A stretch of DNA of 64,000 bases. Source: Yuukianura sp. NJ FZ-2021 (lineage: Eukaryota). The notes below the pieces were generated by a model. That model ran no database searches. It saw only the letters and a program-made list of their open reading frames with translations, and had not been told where the DNA came from. The position numbers and the translations under genes were made by a program. Where the stretch lies: contig CM102289.1 of NCBI GenBank assembly GCA_046563655.1, positions 8,866,001 through 8,930,000 on the forward strand. The letters run 5' to 3'. Below, one piece after another: positions 1 through 12,300 of the stretch; positions within the stretch are counted from its first letter, which is position 1; each line of letters begins with the position of its first letter.

Positions 1-305
1 GAATTAATTAAATACCACAAGTATAAACAAGTCAAAATACCATATAAAAACGAAGGAAATGTTCTTTGTATGAGTTTTAAATAATCAATTTTAACGATGA
101 AACTAATTTTTTATATAATTTTGTAATTTTGAATTTGAATTTTTTGAATTTCGCGCTAAATTCAAAATTTCTGCCATCCACTAAAAGTTCCATCCATTTC
201 GGGTGCATTTCTTCCAGTGGATAACCAGTGGAAGTGGCAATTAAGCCACTGGAGTTTTAAGCGTCCAGCAACACTGGTTAGGTTTTAACCTAACAAAAGC
301 CTAAC

Positions 306-3300
306 CTTGCGTTCGTCAGAAGACAAATCTCTCCAAAATAGGATCCATCGGACAGAGATGTTGCCACATCGCCCGAAGCCATCACAATGTCCACAATCCC
401 TTCCTGGATAAAGTACATTTTGTTGCCAATAGTTCCCTCTTTGATGATTATGTCACCTGGAACGACACAAAAACAAATTTGTTAGGCTAACATTTTCTAA
501 AAGAAACGATTGAATTCCGTCGATTTTCCGGCAGTTAGGTTTCTCCATAACAGTTTTCCGTTAGGTTGGCAAACTTAAAGCCCCTTATTTATGCAAAAGT
601 GGATAGTTTTATATTTTTTTTTTCCTTTTCAGGTTAGGTTTGATTAGGTTAAGAGCATAGTCATGTAATTCTCTCATGGAACGTTAAGATAAGGATTTTG
701 TTTTCTTCTGGAAAATATTTGCTGACTTTTCTAATGTAATTAGCTTCAGTTCTTCTGAACAAAAAAAAAGTGAAAATGTAGCGAAAGCTCTCATCGCTTC
801 AAGCGTAGCGCAAAAAAGTTGCTGGAATCCCTGGAAACGCGTAGGCTGTTGTTCCGGGATGAGAATACTTTGCAGTGTTCTCGAAATTTGATTTTTGGTG
901 GGTTTTAGCTTAGTTTTAGTTTTGGATTATTCCCTTCAGCCCTTCATTATTTCCGCCTGAGGTGACGAGTTAATTAGCACACGGTGAACTTTTTCACCCA
1001 AAAAATTAGCGGGAAGAACATTATTCCCGCTTTTTTTTTGAAACTCGAAACGCGCCATTCTGGAGTTACTTTAGCGTGTTACCTGGCTGGAAGACTTCGT
1101 ACTGGAGTTTCGTGACGACTTCTGACACAAAATCTGGGTCAGCATGGGCAAAGAACGGAACGGATGCAACCAGAGATCGACAGTTGTAGTTTATGACATC
1201 CTGAAAAAAACGAAAAACGACAGTTGCAAAAACAAACGAAAAATTTTTCTGTTTTAAAAAAAAACTGTTCCAAAAAAGAAGAAAGTTTTCTGTTTCTGTT
1301 GTTTTGTCCAAAAAGAGCAATTTCAAATCAATAGACACTCCTAGTGACTTTCTCCTGCTTTCCCCCATTTGAATTTCTCCACACCCCACTTTATAGCCTA
1401 AGGCAAGAGTAACGTTAGAGATCGATCTTTGTGAGAACTGCTGAGCTTGTGCCGAATGTTCTTTTATCTACACAGTAGAATACTTCCCCAGCACATTTCT
1501 CATTTTGTACAGAACAAAAGGCTTCCGTTTTTATTCAAAACCAAGCACATTTGGCGCTGATTTTTCCAATTCTGATATTTTTTCTGGTGTGACAGGTGCG
1601 TATCAGTTCCAGAAGACAAAAAAAGACAACGGAAGCTTTTTTAGCAAGGAGCCGCATGCTGTGCGTCTCATACTAAATATACCTTAAAATATATTATATA
1701 CTTCATATGTATTGTGATACACTTTGTACATATACTTACCTCCCGTAGTTTCTCTGACAGTTCGCCCAGTATGGCATCCTCGTCAAAGAATTTCCCTTGG
1801 TAGCGATGCTCAAAGTACTCCGTGATTCGAGCCTAGGAAGAAACATATTTAAATATGACAAGAATAAAGAAATATTATAATATGTAAATATGCCTAGCAA
1901 TATTCATACCCGCATATTTCTTGGAAGTTTGCGATATGCCATGTACTCTTCCACTTGCTTCAGCTAGAAAACGATGACAGAGAAACAAAAAAGATATTAA
2001 TGTCTTCAAATTCCTTTCTTTTTGTTTTTGTTTCGAATCAGCATGGAACCGACGCGCAAGAATTCAAAATCTGAAAACAAAAGGGCGGGAATGTCTCTCG
2101 CTTTGGTCCGGTTTGCAAAGGAAACACGCTTTTTTCAATTGTGGAGCTCAGAGTTAGATCATTTTGTGTCAGTAAGAAAATAGCAATGGCAAAAGCGATG
2201 TTCAGCGGCCGCTAAATTTTAAAAAAGAGCCACCCCTCCATCTATCCGGAGATGGGCAGCTCATTTACCACGTTGATCAATCGAATCTGCCCAAATCTTC
2301 GTGATCTGAACACAAAACCGACAGAAAGTGGCAATGGCAATCCATCCTGCGCGCGTTCCTTTAACTTTCAAACTTTCACTCAAATTCAAACCGTTCGAAC
2401 TTGTCGCAAAAGGGCGCTTACATTCAAATTTTTGGCGAAAATTAGCCGCATGAAAAAAAAATTCTCTTAATTTTTGTGAAATTTTACAATTTCGAAGAGA
2501 GAGATGAGAGAAAATGTGCAGAGAAAGGGTGAAATATTTTGTTTTCTTTTTTTTTTAAGTAAAAGTGCCTGAGCGAAGCGGCGTGCTTGTGTTTCAGAAT
2601 GCTTTGCGAATGCTTTTAAAAAAATTCAGTTTTTTAAATGTTCAAAATCTTACTTTTTCTCTGTACTGTCTTCTGGAAGAGTCAAGACTTTGGATGAGGT
2701 TGGTAGCATGACCCAGGAAGAGGGCATAGCAAGTAGCTCCCGAAATCATGGACAACATGGTCAACCACATGTCAGTCAAAGTGTCCGGTGGAAAGCGGCC
2801 ATATCCAATGCATAACATATGTGACATGGCTTTGAACAGAGCCCAAGAGTACTGTTCCAACCAGTAGGCATCCTAAAATTTAGAAAAAAAAAATCAAAAT
2901 TTCATTTTGAATTTCAAATTCATCCGCCCCAACTTTCACCCCCTCCATAAAATGCTCAAATTTTAATAAAATTCATACCTCTAACGCCCCCCCCCCCTCT
3001 TTTGTCGTCACAATGCGAACAGCGTATAATGTAACAATATTGAAACTTAACCCCCCCCCACCACACCAAATATAGGAGGGGGGAAAAGTGAGATACTTTG
3101 AATGGGGGGGGGGGAGATACTTTGTATGGGGGGGGGGAGGTAAAGTGAAAGTCGGAAGTGGTGATAGGAGGAGATTAGGCGTGTCATGTCGCATTATTAT
3201 GCTCCTTCCTTCTGGAATGCTTCAAAACATAACTTTTCCCTGAACCAAAAACTATGTTCTGTGCTTTCACCATTAGGTTAGGTTATGCTTCCAGCATTGG

Positions 3301-6300
3301 AAATCCATGTTGAGCAAAAGACTATCCAATGGTGGCAGGAAATACCATCTGCCTCCTCTCTGCATTCTTTAGTCTTTATTCTACTATGGGAGAAAGCACT
3401 TTCTAGAACAGCACAATCGCTGAATGCTGCTGTTTCACTTTTAGAACAAAAGCAGTTGGACAAAAAGCAGCGATGAAATGCTTTTTGGGCAAAACAAGAT
3501 AGAGTGACATCTGATTCTTTTCTGGAACAGACTTCTATAACGTAATGGATAACTTTTTCCTGTTCCTGTTCCTGCCTTTTTTCAAAATATCTTTATTCAG
3601 AAAACAAAAAAAAATGTAAAATGAAAGTTTTTTCTGAAACATGATAACTTTGAAAACGCATAGTCATTAGCTTATTCCTAACGTTAAACAATGTTAAAAG
3701 TCTCCGAAATCTAGCTATTTTCAAAAGAAAACATAGTTTTTTTTCTTAGAACTTTCACTTTCAAAAGAAAACAAGGTTTTTTTTTTGCAATTTTCCCCTT
3801 CTAAAAACTTTGTTTTCAAATTAAGAAAGTGAGCAAGGAAGAGTTAATTGATTTATGTTGTAAAAGATATCTAGAACGCGCCAAACTTACTTTTTTCTAG
3901 AAACTTTTAGTTTGAAAACTGGGCTGTTTTAACAAAGTGTTAGTTATTCCCTGTAGAAAGCCGCTTTCAGACGAGATAGACATCAACAAAGCTGACAAAA
4001 TTTTGACGGATCGTTTCATCTTCAAATATTTTCTCAGCGATGTAAGCCTGTATAGTCACTATCTCACTAAAACCGAAATTGAGTAATTTTCGGTAAAAGT
4101 TTTTCAAAAAGGGCGCACGACAGAAAATTTTTGGAGGAAGGTATCATGGTAAGGTTATTTTTTTGTGAATTTTTTTTTTGCTACAGGCGTTACGAGAAGG
4201 TAAAAACGGAAGGCAGTGTGAGTGAAATACAAATTGGAAAGAAAAAAGAGAAAGCGGTAGCTTTTCTTCTGCATTTAGAAATCGATTATTTGAAAAAAGA
4301 ATGAAACGAAGCGCAGTGTCTCCCGAAGAGTCGCAGTCATTTTTTCTTACTTTTCTTACTTTTTTCTTGTAATAACAGAAAAGCGAAAAATACGGTAGCA
4401 AAGGCAGAGGAAGGACAAAAGGTTTCATTCCAAAACAGACATGAGAACCACACTTTTTTTGAATGACAACTTTTTGAAATTTTTTGAACTTTTCTGGATG
4501 GAAAATTCTGAAGAGGGATATTCAAACTTTCCCTCCAGGGACTTTCTCTCTCTCTACCGTCAGAATCCGCCAACTGGAAAAATTTACTTCAAAAAATTCT
4601 GACTTTTTTTCATATTCGAAATGTCAATGTTGATTTCACTGACGACGGTAGGAAGGGTTACGAATTAAAAAAAAAAGTAGCAAAAGCGGACTTTTTCGAA
4701 TTTCTTTTGTCAGGTTTTTCCACTTGGGAAAACACAGAAAGAAGACGCTAACTTTTTTTAAATGAAAATTTATCTTCCACTCGATTTAAACAAAAAAGGC
4801 GGCTCGCTTTTTTAAATTTTCAAAAGTCCAAAAGTGGCACAAGCTGGTAAAAAATTTCGACGTTTCAAAAGAGACAGCGGAGTTTTAATTTCTTTGAGTT
4901 TATCTTCCGTTTTTCCGCTTTTCAAAATTTTCTGTTTTAAAATTCGCTTTTGTCTTAGAATTGTTAGAAAACGGATGAGCCTGTCATGGAATTTTGATTA
5001 AGGGCCTTGAGGGAGCCCTTGGAGCGTGAGTGACAATTCGTTCATTCGAGTTGACACTTTTTGAATAAAAAACACAAGATGTTACAGATTATGCTTACAT
5101 TAGACTAATGTTAGGCTCAAGTTAGGCTATGTTTTCACTTTTTTGATAAATTTCTTACCTGAAGTTTGTTTTTGGTAACCCAAGAGTGCTCTGGGAATCC
5201 TTGAAGCATAGGAACTAGAAACTGGAGGCACCCTGACCAATGCCCAATCAACAACATCATACAGATGAGGTTGAAAATTCGCATGAAGACTGATGCCATG
5301 TTAAGGAACTGAAATGAGACACAAAGAACAGGATTATGCAAAACTCCAAAGAGATTTAAAAATTTAGAGCTAGTAAAAATATTCCTGACTAAAGTAAAAG
5401 TGAAAGTACAGACGCGTCTTTTAAAAATTTCAAAATGAAAGTAAAGTTAGAACAAAATTGATTCAGTTCGCTAAGTTTTTAAGAAAATTCAAAAAATGTT
5501 ACAAAAGTTTGCAACTTTCGCGTTTGAAATTTCCAAAAAGCGTCTGTACTTCCAGCGGACAATTTCAAATATTCATCTCGTGTAAGATGGACGTAAGGCC
5601 CAGTGGGCCTCAAATTCACTTTCTTTTAGTCCATCTCCATTTTGAATCTACAGGAAATTCTAGCGCTAAAAAAGCCTGCAGCAGAAGAATTTTTCTTTTT
5701 ACTACGAAAACCAAAAAAAGAAGAAAATCCGTAAAAAAGTTCAGCCAAAAAATCCTAAGGCCTATTTTTTCTGTCTATTTTTCTACTGAGAAGCCCAGCA
5801 CGCGCCTCAATCTGCATTTTTTCCAACAAAGTTTACTTTCTCCCTCTCGAACGAACGCTTTCTCGGTGGATTTATTTTTAAATTGGAATTCCGTAGATTC
5901 GAGCAGCCCTTTTGGCGATGGCAGCAGCGAAAGTGTGAGTGCGGCGCTAAATTTTTTGTTTTTATACTTTTTTGCACTAAAGCAGCGAAGTAAAGAATTC
6001 TTGCAGAGCAACTCAAGAAAAAAAATTCACAACGAATCGTATGGAGAAAGTTAATGAATGGGAAAGCAGAAAGTACGTGAGGGCTGGGGGGTCTCCCCCC
6101 TCATTGGCATGCAAGGTAAACAGGGGGGGGGGTTAGAAAAGTGGGTGGTGGGGGGTAAACGTATACAAACTACTACTGAAATTCAATGTAAAAAGGGGAC
6201 TGAAGGAACAAGGAGCCTTAAGGGACCTACCTTCAGAATCAGATTTTTCCCAGAGAAGGGCTCCTTAGCACCAAAGGCCGACGAGTCCCGCCGCTTACGA

Positions 6301-9300
6301 GTACGTTTATTGTGGAGCGTTTGGCGGAGCTGTAGAAGAAAAACAAGGCAAGAAAAGAATAGGTCAGGTTAGGCCATAACCTAACCAGGTTGGAAAAAAC
6401 AACAGAAAAAGAGACGGGCAATAGACAAAAACGTTTGTGCATGACCTTTATTCTGGACAGGGGTCAATCATTATTCAAAAATTATAAAAAAAATCAAAAA
6501 ACACAAAAATTTTTAAAGATTCGAACCGGGGACACAAAAACACAAAAAATTTGTCAAAAACTAAAATTCATTCTTAGGATTCAACATGGACACACACTAC
6601 TATTTTTTACTACCTTGCTACTACTACTCACCGCATAAAAGTGCTAAAAACTACTACGACTTAAGTTCTACTCTTCCCAGAGGAATTTTTTAGTATTTTT
6701 AAAAAATGACATGAAAAAAAGTAAGTATTTTCTAAACAAAGCAAACAGAATTTTGCTCAAATCTACAAGCTTAAAATGGAGCCAGCAGGATGAGTCGCCT
6801 TTTTTGTTAATGTTTTCATATTTTCAAATTTTCCGCCTCCTACCAAGCCGTTCTTCCTCAAAACAGAGAATGTTGTTCAATTTTTTTTTTTTTAAATCTA
6901 CTTTTTGAAAATGTTTAGGTGAAAGGGAATGATTGATGATGTTCTTCAAGAACTCAACGAAGTAGCGTTTTTGTCAAAATAGAAAATAAGTTGAAACGAG
7001 AAAATCAAAAGAACTTTTTCATGAATTTCAAAAAACCTTTTCTCCTTACTCTAGACTTTAAATTTTTTTTTCTGAATTCTCTCTTAAAAAAATTTTGCCG
7101 CTTGGCTTTCATTCAGCAGCTCCATCTTCATTTCATTTGCATTATTTTCCAATCAAAGTCATTTCTCTCCCAAAAGCTTTTGGAATTAAAAGATTTCCGA
7201 ATTCAAAGTAATTTTGCTTCTACAGAATGAAGATGCGATGAATTCCAAATTTCCAGTTTTTCGTTTTTCGAAGTCTAAATTCTCCCGAATTTCAAAAATC
7301 CTCTGAACCATTTCTCACTTTTAATTTCTGTTTCCTGTTTTTTTTTCTAAAACGCTTCCGTATCGACTCCAACCATCGTTGTTACTGGATTGTGCTATTC
7401 TTTTATGTTTTTCAACCGACGAGGTCAAAGGTAACAACAGTCGTAAAACAGATCGTTAACTGGATCGTAATTGCTCTCTTTTGGCAAGGATGAAGCTTAT
7501 ATCGACCTACAGTCTTAGCACCACCGTGTGTAAACATACGGTTTCAAAATTAGAACTTAAAACGCTGTTTTTGGCGCCGACCGCCATGTACTACCACGTT
7601 TTCAAAATCTAGTTTTCTTTTTTTTCTAAAGCCAAACATTTTTACTTACATTCAATTTCGAAATTTCCAAAATTTCCAAAAATTTGATCAAAAGGAAGTA
7701 ACTATTTGATGTTAAAGCTAGCAAAAGCTCAAAGCAAATGAAATGGATCCCTTTGATTATTAAGGCTCCCTGCTCCAAAAGGCTTTTTCGACAAATCAAA
7801 AATTGAAGGATTTTTTCTTCAGGGCGGGTTCAGAAAAAACTTTTTCTACAGAAAAAAATGGAGCAAGGCTAGCGTATTTTCAAAAAGAAAAAAGTTTCAT
7901 TAGCTTGATCAACTTTCTCAAGCATTTTGAGTATGCCTCTGCCTATTTGTTTTTTCTAACTACCAAATGATGGAAGTATGTGGTATATTATGCCAAGCCT
8001 TGTTTTCTAAATTTTTCAAATTTCCAAGCGAAACTTTGTTTTTCCAAAAAACTTACATAAACTTCTTCCCATTGGGAGACGTAGCGAACCAGTCGCGACA
8101 GTCTGAGAAGACGAACCAAGCTTAAAAGTTTAACCATCCGAAGAATTTTTAAAGCCCTTCCGGCATGAATAAACTGGAAACTGTGGACGTTGTCACTAAA
8201 GTCCTGTAAAGAAAAAGAAAATTGAAATTGAACCATTTTGGAAAAAATTTCATTCAAAAATGTTTGTTTTTAAATCGGGTTTGTCACATTTTTGAAATTG
8301 AGCTGGAATTAGATTTTGTGGTTTAACTTTTCCATCAAGGAATGTCAAAATACGTAAAAAAATTCCCGCAAAAGTTTAAACAAGAGACAGAGTGAAAGTG
8401 GAATTAGATTTGACCTGGCTGTCGCTTCAAGCCCCGTCTCACTCCACTTTTTAACATGACAGATCTGACAGTCAAGGAGACAATGATGTCTTTTTAAAAA
8501 AAAACTGAAATACAGTTTTGTACTGAAAAAATTTCAAAATTTCGTTTTATTTCCAAAATTTGCTTAAGGCATGCTGCCATTGAGTCATTTCATGAACAGC
8601 GTGTGTCACAAAGTGTTTGGAGTCGATAAAATTTGATAGCGTGAAAACGTAATGGCATTTCCATCTTATTACTTTATACGAAAGATACCACTGGGACACT
8701 TTGCTTCAAGAGAATCGAATCAACGCAAGTTTTAAAAGAATCAAAATTTGAAAAAAAAAACCTGCGTGTCGAAAGTAAAAAAGTGATTCCAGGCATGAAC
8801 TTTTGGAAAAAATCCAGGTGAATTTCAAATAAGCTTTCAAGTACCAAGTGGATCCAAACACTTTGGAGTCATTTCCGTTCAAATGGATAGAAGATGAAAC
8901 ACGCCAAGGCGAGGTCAAAGGTTAGGCTTTTCAAAATTTCCAAAATGGACTGGAATTGGAAATGTAAAAATGAAGCTCCTTGGGAGCGGGTACAGGTGCT
9001 TCTAAAACCATAGAAAAAAATACAAAACGAAAAAAAAGCTTTCAGCTCCTCAGTGTGTAAGTGACGACAGTGCCGTGCTATGTGCACCACTTTTACCATA
9101 AAACGCATATTTCTAAAAGGCTTCACTTGGCTTATGCCCTCTTCATATTTATTTCAAAGTGTCTCGCCAACTAAATCCGTAGATTTATGCAATAGCGTTC
9201 CAGGAACACACGTTTTCTCGCTGATATCTGATCTATTTTCGCTATTTTTTTAGTTTCTAAAGTCGATCGATGAATTCTGGCAGAATTTTTTGTAACTGAC

Positions 9301-12300
9301 TAAAACCTGCTTGCTCTTAAGTAATTCATAAGCATCCGTTTTTGTTTAAAAAAAAACACGAATACCTAGTACGACCCGAAAAATTATTTGGTTCAAATTT
9401 TGCGCGCCAATTTTATTTTTCACAATTAACACAGTGGGACAAAATAGACAGCAAACTTTCAGAACTTTTTGCCCAAAATAAACATAGCAAAATATATTTA
9501 ATCCAATCGACGAAAAAGTAGCACTAAAAAATCTGAGTCAACATTTTTTTTGGAATTGAAAATTCCTTCTCGAGGATTTTTTTTTGTTAAGAATTTCAAT
9601 CTTTGGAAAATTTCTAGCTGTGATTTATGGAATCTCGAAGTAGATTGTGGATTTCCAACATTTCGAAAACTCTGACCTTTATTTTTGCTTCTTTAAAAAT
9701 ATGGAATTTGGCTGAACCCCGTGACCTCAGTATGGTTTATTCTCGCTGAAAAGTCTGGAATAGTGAATAGCGTACTCATTCACCCTTCTGTGTTACACAC
9801 CGCACCAAAACTTAAGTAAAGTCGCGCTCTAGGCGCGAAGGGTGCTGGCATCCCGAGTTAGTGCAATGCAGTGACTCCCACCACTTTTCCAAAGTTGTCT
9901 GTCGCAGTGAAAGCGTAGGAATCCATCTCCACTTTCACTTTGATCCCAGACAACACGGCTTTTGACACACTTTAGAACAAAATCCAAACTTTCAGCCGTT
10001 CTACTCCTTCACTTTCGTACTTTAATTCTCTTCCATCACGCAATGCATCAAAAACGAACTTCAACTGGACAGGGGGTTCACTTTTCCTCGGAATAATCTG
10101 ACTGCTGAATAATCATGCTCATTAGTTCTAGTCATTACAACCTGCCAGAAAACCTAATATGGTTAAGTCAGAAAACCTAAAATTAAAGCATACTCGAACT
10201 TTGACATCCGACAACCTCAACTTTCTTCATTTTCGACTCTACGCGCCAAATTTCAAAAAAAGTGATCGATTTTTCTGACGGTGACACCTTAAGTCTTCGA
10301 TTTTCTTTTTTATAAGCTCACAAAAGCCTTTTTGAACAAACTTCTTCGTCGTAACTTTCTGTTAGATTTTTTTACGTTAGGTTTAAACTATAGTCGATTG
10401 AGGTAAGTTAGGCTAAGGTGCATTAGACCAAGGTTTTAGCTAGTTTTTTTTTGTGATGGAATGAGACATTACGAGTAAGAGGAGAAAGTTAGGTTGAAAA
10501 TAATGGAGGTTATGTCGATAAAAAATAATCCCATTTCAGTTTTCTCCTTGTTCGAAATTAATCCTTCAAAAACTTTCTCTTTTTTCGTGAATCATAATGG
10601 GAATGAGTGACAGCGACAGGAAGATCATTAGAAGTTTCAAAAAAGAAAGTTTTTTCATTTTTTAGACTTTTTTAAAAAAAAAGTTCTTTTTTTGAAAAAT
10701 GTGGCCTTACGCAGTCCTCCATGTAGCAGATGATGAGAACAATGTAGTCAAGTGGAATGGAAGAAATGAGGTCTAGGGCAAACCAGCTTTTGAGGTAGTG
10801 CTTGGCAATGAGCACTGGATCCAAAATCACCTGCTCAGCATTGTCTTTCAGCATAATTCCTGAAAAAAAAAGAAAATTTTCAAAATTGAATTTCGAAAAA
10901 AAAAATGAATTCACTAAAGAGATCACTTTCAAAACTAAAAGTTTTGAAGTGGCCCTTGGAGAAAGCTGGGCAGCAGAGTGACACACATTTCAGGATTCTT
11001 ATTGTCAAATATCAAGTGAGTAAAAAAAAGTTTTCGTTTGAAATGAATCACTTTTTCTTTTTTGGCAAAATTTTGAACAAAATTGAAAAGTTCGTACTTC
11101 ACTTCAGAAAACTTTTTCAAGTGTTTCAAAAAACTCGAAGATTGTAAAAGAAAAAATTACTTTTTGAGAGGGATGGGTGTGACAGTAAAATTTTTGAAAA
11201 TAAGTAATAACCGTTGAATCTATGATGACCTAGTTTTGAAATTTCATAAAAAACTTTTTTATGTTAACTTTTAGATTTTCGAAAATTGAACTCCACTTTC
11301 GAAATTCCTTGACTTTTTGGTTTCTAGTTAATGGAGATGGCATGTTCCAGAATAATTTGGATCCATTTGGATCTTAAGGTCAAAAACTTTTTTTTCCCTT
11401 CAACACGAAGTGTTTGTTCATCTTGAAGTTGGCAAAAACACGTTAACACAAAAAAGGCGGGAAAGTTCGTTGTGTTACAAAATCATAAAAACTTCATTGA
11501 ACGAACCAAAAAACTTTTGTAATTTCGTGTTCCATTGATTCTACATTGATCCGTGACTTTTTACGTGACCTTGACCCAGTGACTTTTACTTTTGAAAAAA
11601 TCAAATATCAGTGACCTCTGGAAACAAAAAAATTTGCCAAAAAGTTTGCTAAAACTCATAACTATTATAAGACTGTTTTTCCTTTGCAAGCAAAACAACT
11701 TGTAAACTTTTATTTTCTCCAAAAGTACAAAACAAGTTTTAGTTTCAGTCAAAACCAAAAGTTTTCCAAATTTTGACCACGCCAGGATCCCAAAATACTG
11801 CAGCTTGACTTTTATAACACTAAAGTATCACGCTACCCGCCTTCACAATTCCTCACTTTAACAATTCTCCCTAAAAGTAGTACAGTTACACTTTATTGCC
11901 TTACAAAATCTAGCTCTGAGCGACCCCGTTTTGTATGAAACAGACCAAAATGAAACTTTTCTGTTGAAGGTTTCCAAAATTGCCAAAATTGTAGCAAGAA
12001 ATCACGCTTTGTTACTAAGAAAGTCCAGAGACGACGGTAATAAGGGCGGGAGAGACATAAAGTTGCCAAGTAATGGTCACTCTCTCTACTTTGAAAGTTG
12101 GCGGAATCTTTTGAAAAAGGTGCAGAAAACATATTTTTATAGCAGTCGATTTCCAAATTTGGATTTTTCTAGAAAAGAAAGTTCAGTCTAACCTGCTCAT
12201 AAGTTAGGTTTTTGTTTGAAAAACCAGAATTGTGTGGTGAAAGTAATAGGAGAAATGGACATTATTAGAAGAGAAATCTGTCCCACGGGAGTCTTTGAAA

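Noticed and set aside
5458..6054. 198-aa plus-strand ORF and overlapping minus-strand ORFs as a gene or a second S4-S5 exon
   Set aside because: Non-ATG start and F/K-rich from A/T runs; no acceptor/donor pair keeps HCN phase 0/0.
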